Assembly (NCBI RefSeq): GCF_009834535.1
Contig: NC_045707.1
Location: forward strand, 54,128,001-54,192,000
Length of the DNA: 64,000 bases
Direction: 5' to 3'
Source: Camelus ferus
Lineage: Eukaryota
Positions 14,010 through 26,658 of the stretch are shown one piece after another. A model generated the notes under the pieces. That model did no database searches. It saw only the letters and a program-made list of their open reading frames with translations, and was not told the origin of the DNA. Position 1 is the stretch's first letter; every line of letters begins with the position of its first letter. The translations under genes were made by a program, and so were the position numbers.

Positions 14010-14375
14010 GACAGACTAGGATTGTTCCCAATTATTCAGTGCCCTTCTCTGTGAGACAGTGATACTTTCCTGCCCCACTCATGGGAAGCTTGGGTATGTG
14101 ACTCCCTCTGGGCCATTTAAAGGTCAGTGAGGGTGAGTGATGCAGAAACTATCCACACAGACCCTTTTAGAGCCATCCCGTGATTCCTGCATCTCTTTTC
14201 TCTCCGCCGTGAGGCAAACACATACCAGAAGGGGTGGATCCTTCTGCCAGAAGGAAGAAAACAGGGAGCAGACCTGAAAAGAATCTACAATCCAAGCAAG
14301 AAATGGACCTTTGTTGTTGTGAGCCATTAAGACTTTGGCAATGTTTGTTACCACAGTATAACTTAACAGAATGCA
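14010..14375 (+). mobile_element. MLT1 (MaLR) LTR, MLT1H-J type
   Basis: 3' end 'caagaaatggacctttgttgttgtgagccattaagactttggcaatgtttgttaccacagtataac' is typical of MLT1; flanked by MIR-like pieces. Confidence 0.7.
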
Positions 14376-17300
14376 CATAGGTCTCTTGAATCCTCATTTT
14401 GCAGAGGGAATGTGTTAAGGATCAGTGGAATCCAGCACACTGGCCAGGGCAACACAGATAGGAAACAAAACAGCAAGGAAATGAATTCACAGTTGTCTGA
14501 CTCTGTATCCCGTGTTCTACCGTACAGTATTGTAGGAGGTCTACATGCATGCCAACTCATTATCCAGGTGATTCCTAATTCAATTAGATAACCAAACAGA
14601 ATTATCTGTTATCAAACTGAATCATATAAATCTTCCTGGGTAGGGGCCCTTGCCAGTGCTAGACCGCCATTTTGAGAAACTCCTTTGTTCTCTTTTATCT
14701 GCTTTTCTATTCTTTGTCATTTATCATCTGCCTATATTTCTTCCAAGATTCATATACATATTTTCCAATACTTTCAGCATTCAAATCTCAACTCTTAACT
14801 GGTTTAATCCCTAGCCAGCCACATATTACCTCTCCTGCCTTGAATAAGTCACATAATCTCTATGAGCAGTGATTCTTGATGTATATCATGGGATAACACT
14901 ACCTTTTCACAGGCTTTCTGTGAAAAATGTAGTCATAGTGCACATGACAAAGATTTAAATCTTGTTTCTAGTAACCTCTCTCTCCTTCCAGTGAGGCAAT
15001 ATCTGTCTAGAACATATGGCAAAGGGTCATCCAAAGCTGGAGACATCAAATGTTCAAGTAACGTTTTTTGAAACCAACCTAGCGAATAAAATAATTTGCT
15101 TGACCTTAATTTTCCTCAGTTTATACCTTTTAATTTCTAGTGATTTCCAAAGAGAGAAACTTGTTTTATTTTGTTTTGTTTTTCTAATGGGCTTTCTAGA
15201 TTGTTTTACAACAGAAGTTAAGTTTGGCAATACTTTTTGTTTGTTTTATTAAATCAGGAATATCGGATCTTCTATATTAGATTCATTGGGCATTATTATG
15301 TCCTTATTCCAACACATCCTGGAGCATAAGAAGCAAAATACTACAAAGTTTTTAGCTACAGCCTTCTTTTAATCTAATTATCACATGTAATGAAATGCCG
15401 TTTATCTTTACATTGAATTTTGGATTAGTTATTATGTCTTGGATCATGTCAATAAACTTCTAATTTTGTGAAAACCATAAAAAGAAAGGGTGGTAGATAA
15501 TTCAAGTTCAAAACCTGGATTGAAATTAGGATTTGAAACCAGGATTCCATCAATTACTAGAACAACCTTGAGTCCCAATTTCCTTTCTGTTACATAGATA
15601 AAATAATCTATCTTTATTATACACACATACTTTTGAGTATCAAAGGAAAAAGGAGAAATTCAAATTGTTAGAGTGATATTAAAGTACTGGGAATTTTTCC
15701 TGTTGCACCTAAGATAATTAAAAACAGCCTCCCCCCACCACCCCCAATACCCTATGTCATCTCAGCAGTTCAGCAAACTTCAGTCTTTTAAAAGTGTATT
15801 ATATGTGCAAATAATAATGAAAATATATTTACATCTATTTATATATGCCTAAAAGATATGTGTTTTTAATTTGCAAAATAAGTGAATTGTTTTCTGCATT
15901 TAATTATGTGATTAATAAATTGATACAGGAATTACTTAATGATTTCAACTTACATGGAAAGATAAGAAAAGCTTTTTATGAATTAAGGGTATTTTAAAAT
16001 ATAATTGAGTAAGGCAATCGCATATTACAACCCTCAGTCGCAAATCTCACAAAAAGAATAGCTTTTTTAACCCTTTACCTTGTAGGTCAAATTTTACCTT
16101 TTCACTCTAAGATGCACATCTTATGTTCAATTTCCTTTTCCATCCTCTGTCAAATTTAGTGTCCAGGTTATTTTCATTTCTGTAACTCATCACTATTCAT
16201 CAGAAATTATTAGTGTTAGTATTTTCTGCTCAAACAAATGTGAAACAAATTTAAAACCAAAGGAACTGATCTTGAAGTAATCCTAGAAGAAAACATGGTT
16301 TTCAAATTCTCCACAGCCTACACAATAAATTAGGCTGAGGACAGAGAGACTTTTTACAGAGAAACTCCACAACATATGTAGAAAACGTCTATTTTCGCCT
16401 GGGTGCTCATGTTTCTAGGTTGTTTTCCTCGAAAGTTAATAAAATACTTGATTTGATCTGAGCACTTTGAACAAATGGCAAATAACTGGGTACCAAATGC
16501 CTACTTGTCACTTCTTCCTGTATCACCAGATACTGTTAGCTCATTTCTGCATTATCTTTTTCACAGATTTGTAATACTGCATAATCAACATCTCTCCAGT
16601 GGTTGTTTTTCTTAACAATTTAACTTAAGTGGCTTCAAGTATAAATTCACCAGCAAAAAAACAAAATATACTTTTGTTAGTGTTTGTTAGCATTTACCAG
16701 GTTGGAATTCACCCTTTAAGTATCACAGGACCTTGCCTCTGTGGTTGTTCAAAATGAAAGCCACAGAGTTCACAGTCCTGACTCACCCTGCTATCTGTCC
16801 ATGGTCTTTGAAAGATGGCATATTTTCAAATATCCCAGACTGGCTCAAAATGCTGTCACATGTCACATCGGATTACCTTCGCCAGCTTGTGTTATATTAC
16901 ATCAAGGATGTGACTAACATCAACCACATGTAATGCAGCAGAGCAGTGCTGTCCGCCAGATAAATTTCAAAATGGCATGGTTTTTAGAAGCCAGGATTTA
17001 GACATTTCTGGTCATTAAGGGAAAAAAAATCTTTAAATTATTTTAAAAGAGATTTCAATTTTTTTCATTCTCACTTTCAAAGGAGTTGGCAGTTGTAGGC
17101 AAATTACAACTTGCTGAATGAGCATTTCAAATCAAAGTTAAGCAGCAAAGAAACTCTAAGGTTTATATCAAGAGCATTCTGTAGTACAAATAATCAAGTG
17201 AAAGTTAACTGCAAGTACTTTAGGAAAGTCAAGTACTTGCGTATTCAACTGAATATGTGTAAATGAAAAAAATGACTTTAATGAAAAAAGGGGCAAATGT

Positions 17301-17739
17301 TGTACAATTTAGATGTACTTCAGGCTCCACTAGTTTCATTTTTTTAAATGATTGTATATTTGCATGTTTTTTTAAGGAATGAAAGGGATAGTTACTCACA
17401 AAATAATCAGAACAATAACACAAGTATTTCTAACATGCATAATCTAAATTTATGCAAATCAGTTAATAAAAACTATATATCGAAAATATTGTCAATAGCA
17501 CCATGTAACTAATGAATGTTACACTTCAGGTTTCAACAAAGTCCTAATATTCAACCAACCTTCAAGGATACTGAGACACTGCGGAGTCGTCAGAGTTCAT
17601 TGTCAATAACGGGACCAAAAACTCAAATGAGAAAGATTCTGGTCAGATCAACGCCTGTGTAAATACTGGAGATACAGTCTAACCCCGCTTTTTCTAAAAA
17701 TGGGATCAGCAAGAACATTGTCTCTCAGGCTGCGGATTC

Positions 17740-17825
17740 TCTCAACATCCCACAATGCACAGTACGCCCTGCACAAGGAATTCCTGGCCTAAAATGCCAA
17801 CAGTGCCAAGGTCAAGAAACTGATT
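17740..17825 (+). mobile_element. MER20 3' fragment (hAT-Charlie)
   Basis: 'aacatcccacaatgcacagtacgccc...ggcctaaaatgccaacagtgccaaggtcaagaaactg'. Confidence 0.7.
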
Positions 17826-17859
17826 TAAGGTTCATTGATACCACCCATATGACTATGCA

Positions 17860-18660
17860 TTAGTATTTTTACTATAAATAGCTCCTTTGAATCTTGGATC
17901 TGTACATCCAAATGTCTTTATGACCTCAGCACCTGCAGGTCCTCAAGCTCGATTTGTCACGGACGAATCTCAAGTTCTCTCCTATGTCCTCAACCCCAGT
18001 CATAAGTGGCATTACCACCCATGACCTGGGGTCACAAGCCAGACACCAAAGTCACCTTTATGTCTCTCTCATCCACATGCCCAAACCATTACTGAGTTTT
18101 ACCCTTTCTACAGTCTTACTGTCCTCAAATATATCGATTTCTCTCTACTCTAGTGCCAAAAACCCTTGTGTGAGCTATCAGCGTTTCTTAAGCTTTAATA
18201 GCCTACTAAGTGGACTCACCACATCCACTCTAAGACTTTTCCAGTCCCTTCACCAAAATTCATCTAAAGTGATGTTTTGAAAGCTCAGATCTCATCATGT
18301 ATCCCTACTTTCTAACTAGGGCAGATTTCCAATAAACAGATGAAGGTTCTTTCTGTTCTGGTCCCTGCTGCTACCTCAGCATCATTCCAAGCCACCCCAC
18401 GCCCTCATTCTCAGCAGAGCAGCCTTCACTGCACCCTTCCCTCACCATCCCTTTTATCCAATGTCTTCTTCATTCTCAAGTCCAGCTTTTCGGAGCATAT
18501 CTTCATGTGTTTTTCTAAACAAAGACAGATACTCTACTTTCCATGTAACTACACATATAAACATGACTTATACATAAGTCCAGTGATCAGATTCTTGACC
18601 ACAACATTTTTTTTCTCTTATTTTTTTTTTCCTCTGGCATTTAGTACTACAGAGAGGTCT
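17860..18660 (+). mobile_element. L2 LINE fragment
   Basis: Pyrimidine-rich L2 3' region motifs such as 'aatagcctactaagtggactc' and 'cagatctcatcatgt'. Confidence 0.6.
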
Positions 18661-18819
18661 GAGGTCAGGTTTTTTTTTTTTTTTTTTTTTTTTTGTAGGT
18701 TAACTTTTATTTTTTTCCTGTTTCTTTGGTTTCTTTTAAGAATTATTAAGTGTAATTAAAAATGCTTTTACAATATATGTCTCATTGTAGGTCTTTTCTA
18801 ATACTAAAAATGATGATAA

Positions 18820-19020
18820 TAATGAGTATTATTATTAATTAAGCCCTTAGTATGAGCTAAGGGCTTTACATATAGCATTTAACCTTCACAATTACCATGT
18901 GAGCTGATTACTATTACAACCCCCATTTTACAAATAGGAACATTGAACATAAGAACGTTGGGTAATATTCCCAAGTTTGTACAAATTGAGCTTAGACAAG
19001 ACCGTATGACTGGCTCTTAC
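18820..19020 (-). mobile_element. MIR SINE
   Basis: 'ctattacaacccccattttacaaataggaacattga' is the MIR core in reverse. Confidence 0.7.
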
Positions 19021-19059
19021 TAACGGAATGGTGGTAAAAGTGATTTGTCAGTTTGGGGA

Positions 19060-19330
19060 CAAGACCAAAAAGGTCTTTGTTTTCTCCACCCTTTCTTTCA
19101 CCAGCTCATCAACTAGAAGTTGATACCTGGGTGACTGTGGAAGGCACTGTCAAATATGACAGAGCCTCCGTCAGCCTGGGTCCTTGACTGCCCTGAATGG
19201 AACAGAGGCCCTCCTCAATCTCAGTCAGAAATACCCACATTGGATTGTTAGGCCAGTGAAATATAAATTATGCTAAGCTACTAAAATTTTGTGGTTTGTT
19301 TTTGTGTTTCTTTCTTAACATTTACTAATG
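19060..19330 (+). mobile_element. MLT1-type MaLR LTR fragment
   Basis: 'gacagagcctccgtcagcctgggtccttgactg...gctaagctactaaaattttgtggtttgtt'. Confidence 0.6.
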
Positions 19331-20569
19331 CACACAGAAATTAAAAGCTACACATTTAAACTCTTCTAAATAATATATTCAGTGAATGTTATTTTAGTGT
19401 ATGCTAAAAGAAAATACAGTTTATTTCATGTACAAAATTAATTCTGATGTATTGACATTGGTAAGACATCTGTTCTGAATGGTTTTCCTAGTGATAGTAT
19501 GGATATAGCGATACAAAGTCTCAACTATAAAAATTACAAGTGCAAAATGAATAAGTATATTCATAGCTAATTATGTGAAAGTCAAAATTTATTGAGAGGT
19601 TGATTGGATAAAATATTTCTATATACAGGGCACCCTTTGCAATATTTAAAAGTATACTATTTTTTAATGAAAATTTTAGAATGCTTAAATCCTCTAACCT
19701 CAATTTCAATTTTGGTGACCTATTCTAAACAAATTATGTTAATCACATTAAAAAATTATGCACTAAAATATTTCAGTTGTACGACTGGTTCATGTGAACA
19801 TTGGAAAGAAACCACATGTCTAGAGAAAGGCATATATTAGAAAAATTATGGCACATTTTTTGTTTAAGCATTATTCAGAAATTTTATTTATTGCTCAGTA
19901 GAATAATATAATACAAAGATAACAAACTTACAGGACAATGAAAATGTGTACAAAAGTGGAGGCTTGGTAAAATCATGTGGTATCTATGTATTAGATTGTG
20001 TCAAGATATCTTTACCTCCCTATTTATCTATCTCTATATATTTGATGTATATATTTACATTTATATCTATAACCCAAGATTTGCCCTCACAGCTTTTCCT
20101 TTTATTTCCCTTTTATTATATTTTCTAAAATATTTATAATTATCTGTATCATTATTTGAAAGGATAGATATGTGAAACAGTTGTAAGAATCCTATCACCA
20201 TTTTTATTTTAAGGATAGTGTTGAGGATCTATTTTTATTACATCATAAAGTGCCCTCTTTTCTAGGACTCACACACACACACAAATCTCCAATTCCAGGC
20301 ACAGCTGAAATGCTCCAAGGTGAGAATTTAATTTTCATTTGAGACTATGATATCAAGTAACTGATGGTCTCCACTTCGGCAACTAAGAAGCTGAGAAACA
20401 AAATTTAGGCTTGCTTCTGGCATCTGAATGCAGATTTTGTGGCACGTGTTTTATGGTCTAACTTGCACCTGGCACTTTCTCACTTTTAATCTTTATTTTA
20501 CTTTCTCCCATTTTGGTTGCCTATTTTCACTTAATTTTGCATAAGGCTAGTGTTGCATCTTAGTAGTAC

Positions 20570-20805
20570 CTAAAGCCCACTGCACTTATCACATGCCAGG
20601 ACTGTTTTGAGTAGGTAAGATCTGAACTGAATCTTCCTAATTGCCCTAAGAGAGGTATGCAATTACAGTGGTATCTACATTGCCCAAATAAGAAAACTAT
20701 GGCAGGGAAGAACAAAGTCATTTGACCAAGTTCACACAGCTAATAAGCAAGACGGCAAATCTAGGCAGACTAGCTTTGGATTTAAATCTCGCAACCTCTA
20801 TGCTT
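20570..20805 (-). mobile_element. MIR SINE
   Basis: 'tttgaccaagttcacacagctaataagcaag' and 'atgccaggactgttttgagt'. Confidence 0.6.
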
Positions 20806-20936
20806 GTCTTAGTAAGTCACCTTAAATCCTTTTTGAAGCCAACTGAAATGCAAACAAATAGTCAAATATATAGATTTTGGAATGGAGAAAATTTTTTTTA
20901 GAAACTAGAAAATCGCCACATCTTAAAATGAGAATC

Positions 20937-21840
20937 CACAGCAAAGGAAACCATCAACGAAAGGAAAAAGCAACCTACCAAATGGGAGAAAATATTTGCA
21001 AATCATATTTCTGAAAAGAAGCTAATATCTAAAACATATAAAGCAGGCATATAACTCAATAGCAAAAAAAAAATGCAATTAAAAATGGACAGAGGATCTG
21101 AATAGACAATTTTTCCAAAAAGACATACAAATGGCATACAGGTACATGAAAAGGTGCTCAACATCATTAATCATCAGGAAAATGAGGCATCACCATACAC
21201 TTGTTGGAATGGCTTTTATCCAAAAGACAAGAAATAGCAAGAAATGAAGACCCCGAAGAAAAGGGAAATCTTGTGCACTGTTGGTGGGAATTTAAATTGG
21301 TGCAGCTACTATGGAAAACAGTATGAAAAGTTCCTCAAAACATTAAAGTAGAACTACCATATGATCCAGCAATTCCACTGGGGGTATTTATCCAAAAAAA
21401 AAAAAAAAGCAAGTGAAAAAATACATTCACCCCTGTATTCATCGCAACATTATTTACAATAGCCAATATGTGGAAACAACCTAACTGTCCACCAACAGAT
21501 GAATAGATAAAGAAGATATGATGCTTATATATAATGGAATATTATTCAACCATAAATGAGAATGAAATCTGGCCATTTGTGACATATATGGACCTTGAGG
21601 GCATTATGCTAAGTGTAAATAAGTCAGACAGAGAACAACAAATAGTACGATCTCACTTATATGTGGAATCTAAAAAAAACCCAAGCAAACGAGTTCATAG
21701 ATTCAGAAAACAAATTGGTGGTTGGGGAGTGGGGAGAGTGGTGGGGAATCATTTTGCAACAGATACAAATATCAAATCATTATATTGTATACCTGAAATT
21801 ACTATAATGTTACATGTTAATTATATCTCAATTTAAAAAG
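20937..21840 (+). mobile_element. 5'-truncated L1 (ORF2 3' end plus 3' UTR), decayed
   Basis: Classic L1 motifs: 'aatgggagaaaatatttgcaaatcata', 'gaactaccatatgatccagcaattccact', 'ggaccttgagggcattatgctaagtg'; ends 'ttatatctcaatttaaaaa'. Confidence 0.93.
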
Positions 21841-21849
21841 ACAAAATGC

Positions 21850-22320
21850 ACTTGACTTACATATGGCTGAGAAGTCCACAGGATGGATCCAAAGCTGTAA
21901 CTGGATTCAGGTGTTTGACCAAAATCACCAAGCATCTCTCTGTCTCTTGAGTCTGCTTTTTTCTCTGGTTTCATTCTCAGGCAGGGTCCACCACCCTTAG
22001 AATGGCAAAGATGGTTACTGGAAACGCCAGACGCTCTTGGCCCTTGGTGATTGCCCTCTCAGCAGGAGGAGCAGCCTTTCCCTGGGGAATAAAAGCCCTG
22101 GGGAAGGCTCTCATTGGTCAGTGAGGGATCACGTGTCATCCCTGGACCAGTCATTATAGACTCTCATTGGCAGGGCCAGGGTCTGGGACCCACCCTTAAA
22201 CCTAGAGTGAGGGGTGGGATTAGTCCCACTTAACCACAAAGACTGTTAATTGAGAAGGAGTGGGTTTTAAGGAAGAAAAAGGATGCAGAGACAGTAAAAC
22301 CACAGATGTGCATCATTAAC
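21850..22320 (-). mobile_element. MLT1J/K-like MaLR LTR
   Basis: 'ttcattctcaggcagg', 'aatggcaaagatgg', 'ctctcattggtcagtgagggatcacgtgtcatccctggaccagtca' match MLT1 reverse-strand motifs. Confidence 0.65.
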
Positions 22321-22594
22321 ACCTCAAGCCTAACTAGCCTACTCCTACTTAACATTTCCGAAAAAAATAAAATAAAAATAAAGTGAGAATCTCACTGGTA
22401 ATCCAACTGCCTATGATGTCATATTTATTTTCAGCTAAGATTTATTTACTCGTTCCCTTTTGCAAAAGCAGAAAAGAGATTGGAATACATCCAATTCTTA
22501 AGAACTTGCTGTACGGAAATTGAAACGTCAGCTTTCTTCTTCTTTAAATAGAGTGATTTAAACCACTTCTTTTTAAGCTGTATTTACATTAAGC

Positions 22595-22740
22595 AAAATC
22601 ACCTCAGTTATCCTGTTAAAGTGCAGATTATGATTCAATAGGTCTGAGATTTGCTCCCTGTGATTCTGCATCTGTAACGAGCTCCCAAGTGATACAGGTG
22701 TTGGTGATTGATAGCCACATGAGAGTAGCGAGGTTTTAAA
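22595..22740. mobile_element. MER5-like hAT-Charlie element
   Basis: 'tgttaaagtgcagattatgattcaataggtctgagat...ttctgcatctgtaacgagctcccaagtgat'. Confidence 0.6.
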
Positions 22741-23149
22741 CATGTGAACTAGGCTTTGACTAAAATCGTGGCACTATTTAAATTGATTACACCTGAAAGA
22801 CTTAATGATGCTTTCAAAAGTTCTTAATTTATGGTCCAAGAATACTTTAGGGAACAGGAGACTCTAACTGTAAAGCACATGAATAGCCACACTGAGAAAC
22901 AGATAGAAGTGTTCTTTTATTGTGTACTTAGATTTAATTTATCCTCCCCCCAATCAATTATTTTAATCAAAGATATGCCTTGACTTGAAAACTACGGTTC
23001 TTAGAATCCATGAACCCCATTCTTGGACGATGCATAAGACCTAGGAAGCTTTGCATGAAGAATCTTTTCAGTAGATGTGTTCAATTTATTTGTCTAAAAT
23101 GGAATAGTAGTTAATTTTTATTTACTTACATCTTTACTTTTAATGGAGA

Positions 23150-23380
23150 AGGCAAGGCACAGATCCTGGACACAAATAGCCTGGATTCAAGTCTCAGCTC
23201 CTCTGCTTAGTAGCTGTGATGCTTAGGACAAGTCATTACGTAGCCGCCATTTTCTCATCTGTAAATTGCGAATAATATTAGTATCTGCCTCAAATGTATT
23301 TTGTGAAGATTAAATGAGTTAATAAAAATAAAAGTGGTTAGGACAGTCTGGGAGTTTATCACCACTATATGTGATATTAT
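23150..23380 (+). mobile_element. MIR SINE
   Basis: 'cctggattcaagtctcagctc...ttttctcatctgtaaattgcgaataatattagtatctgcctc'. Confidence 0.8.
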
Positions 23381-25619
23381 TTATTTGTCTCCTTGCAGTT
23401 AAAAGATCATTTCCAGACGCTTGATACTAGATGGTAATTAAGAAACAGTTGATTGGTGTAAGCTCAGTTTAAGAACACACGGTCACATCGAATCTAGAGA
23501 ATTGGCTCTTATCTTTTGCCAATTATAAATTATAGTGGAGGTTACTGCTTAAACTAGTATTCACAGCAGGGGAAAATAGTTAGCAAAATCTGCAATTAGG
23601 GTTTTGTTTATACTTCCACTGGGAGGGGTGGTTTGTTAGTTTAAAAGAGACCTCTCGTGTTGATTACAGGTGTCAGCACATCCAGGCTTTGGCGGTGCTT
23701 GAATACCTGCTGTGAGATGCCAGACACAAGAAAATCAAGCCTAATTGTTTTAATTCAAACATAGCTTCATTTACAGCTGTGTTGATTGGTTTAACCTAGG
23801 CTGAGTAATTTATGTGCAACAAGACTTTAAAATCTACCTTTTTAACAACATGAATAATTTAACCTAAATCCGTGATTTTTGTTGCTTTTTTGCCTCTGAA
23901 AAATAATCTCATCTTTAATAATTTAACACCAAGAGATGTATTATATTCCTCTCATATTAATAAAGCATGAGTTTAATTTTATATTGGAAAGAGACTAGTA
24001 TGTATATGTGCTTGTGGTCGTGATCAGAACCTTTTTAAAGCTGAAGAATAAATAAATCAGACTGGGGTAGAAGTACATTAAAAAATATTGCCAAAAATGA
24101 ACTAAGAAATTGATGCCATCCTAGATTCCCTCACAGGTAGCCTTGATTCTTGGATGTGAGTGAAAGGATGGATTTGATACCTACCTTCGTGAAAAAGGAA
24201 GCTATGCTGTGGTATTTTCAGATGTCCTGATTTCTATAAAATCACCAAAAAGTCACTATAGGGGAATGAATATCCTTAAAGTGACCTTACAAATACATAC
24301 ACAGTCATATTGCCTTTATTATTTCCTAATACATTTAAGATATTTAATATATTTGGAGTTTTTTAAATAACTGGCTCCTCAGGATTTAACTCCAAATAAC
24401 AAAAACACCCAAATATTTTGGACTTTATGACACTGATACAAGCTATTAGTTACTGCTACTATTTATTGAATGACTAGGAATAAAAAAAAATTAGAGTGAA
24501 AAAAATTGATACACGTAACACGTGTGCCAAACTACTATTTCTTTTTCTTTTTTAACTTTCAAAAAAATGTTTTTTATCAACTTCAAAACTTTGAGACTCT
24601 TAGCTCAGGCTATAATAAAATAAACAACCTAGGGTTGTCTTCCCTGTCGAAGTTAATTTGAATCAGAACAGAGTATTTACCTTTTCTTCGAGTTTGTGTG
24701 ATTCAAGGTTAGTCTATTTTGGAAAGACTGAGTGAGGCAAACCTAATCCTTTTCTGAAGCTCATTAATTGGAAGCAGGACCACACTGCAACAGCCTCTTC
24801 TAAACTGAAAAGACAAATTAAGAATTTAAATGAGGTGGAAACGAACCAAGAGTCTCCTAGTGGCTTCTGTTTATACAGTTACACTCTAAATATAAAGCTG
24901 ACACCGTTTGTGTTAAATTTCACTAGTTAACTGATAAGCTGGGGCAGAGAGGACATTAGCACTCTGGGTAGTCTTGTCAGTCACTCTGAGAGAGCTCATA
25001 AATAACGTATGAGGACTTCTACTTTATTGGCAAAACCCTTTCCTTTTAAATCCATGGATGAATGGATAGGTGGATAGTAAAACAGATAAATACATGGGTT
25101 AACTATTTCCTTTAATTACTCTTCAGTATTGCTCTCAGATCTTAAAGATTTAAAATATTATTTAAGCTTCTCCAAGCAGATGGATATATACTGACATTTT
25201 GTACTGTTTCTACAAAGATCTGGAATGTGTAACATTCCTCGTAACTGCAATTGACCACAGTGTCACAATCTTGTGCTCTTTCAGCCGTCTCCACAATGAA
25301 AACGAAATTGCAGATTAAACTGAGGTGGATAATGAAATTCTTGCACTAGTATTTTAAGCCTTGTCTAGATTTGTAACGCTCTCCCTTAACCATCAAACAT
25401 TCTTTCATCAGTTATAACTGACCAGTAAATCTCTCAAACTCATGAGTTAGTTAGTTACAAAGTGACTTTTTGGCATGTGTCAGCAATAGAAAAGAATAAT
25501 TCCAGTGCAAAGCACCTATATTCAGTATATATTTTGATACTGAAAAGCACCAGTATCTTGTATGCTGAGGCGCCTTGAGAACAGTTAGGAAGCGTAAGAG
25601 AAAAACCCAGTTCTTCTGA

Positions 25620-25810
25620 GGAAGCAGCATGGTACCGGAGAAGGAGCTTGGGTCCGAGTCATGGCACCTGGAATCTAATCCCTGCTCTGCTCCAGCCAGC
25701 TGGAGGCACACAGGCAAGCAGCTGGGGCCACCTGGGCCCCGCTGCTTCGTGTTAAAAATTAGGGTGTTAGATTGTTAGATGCTCTCTTTTGTCCTTTCTA
25801 CTTTGATTCC
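25620..25810 (+). mobile_element. MIR/MIR3 SINE
   Basis: 'gaagcagcatggtacc...cctggaatctaatccctgctctgc'. Confidence 0.55.
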
Positions 25811-26084
25811 ATGAGATATTTGAATGACTTAGGCATAAACAGAGCATTCAGAGTCACAGCCTTTAGATCTGGAAGGCCCACTTGCCCTCCCTTTATACTT
25901 ACTCTCAAAATTCCCAAAAGACTAGTCTGGACAAACTAGCTCCAAATCCACCCTCTCCCGCCATCTTCAGTCCCTCTCAGCTGGAGCATAATGTAGACTC
26001 TATAAATGATATGCAATATTGTGCAAGACTGTGATACATGCTTACATGTGTTTTAGGGAATGAGAGCCAAAGAGTATCATTAGA

Positions 26085-26392
26085 TTTTCAAAATTTGGGT
26101 TGTTTCCAGTTTGGGGCTATTGAAATAAAGCTGCTCTGGACATTCATGTACAAGTGTTTGTATGGGCCTACCCCTGAGTAACCATTTAGCAGTGGAATGG
26201 CCAGGTCATTTCTAAGCATATGTTTAACTATATAAGAAATTGTCAAAGTATTTTCCAAAGTTTTTGTACTACAATCCAGTCCTACCAGCAGCTTATGGGA
26301 GTTCTGTTCTTTCACACCCTGGCCTCGACGGACTTGCTTTGGTTAGGTTTTTTTTGTTTTTTTGTTTTTTTAATTTTATCCATTCTAGTAGG
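26085..26392 (-). mobile_element. Old L1M fragment
   Basis: 'ttgggttgtttccagtttggggctatt...agtggaatggccaggtca' is the L1 ORF2 end in reverse; ORF 26088-26315 (-) contains L1-like 'DLAIPLL..APNWKQPK'. Confidence 0.8.
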
Positions 26393-26407
26393 GAGTTCAT
26401 CTTTGAA

Positions 26408-26658
26408 TTTTATTTTATTTACTTATTTATTTTTACTAAGTAAAGTAAGTCAGAGGAAGATGAATATATGACATCGCTTATATGTGGAATCTGAAAAAAA
26501 TGATACAAGTGAACTTATTTACAAAACAGAAACAGACTCACAGACAGAAAACAAATTTACAGATTACCAAAGTGGAAAGAGGGGGAGGGATAAATGAGGA
26601 GTTTGGGATTAACAGATATAAACTATTATATATAAAATAGATGAACAACAAGGTCCTA
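26408..26658. mobile_element. Cetartiodactyl-type L1 3' UTR fragment (+) fused to an antisense T-rich tail
   Basis: 26436-26658 aligns to the reverse complement of ~52470-52700; preceded by 'ttttattttatttacttatttatttttact'. Confidence 0.75.

Noticed and set aside
21534..21836. 100-aa ORF (MEYYSTIN...)
   Set aside because: Decayed L1 ORF2 C-terminus and 3' UTR, not an independent gene.
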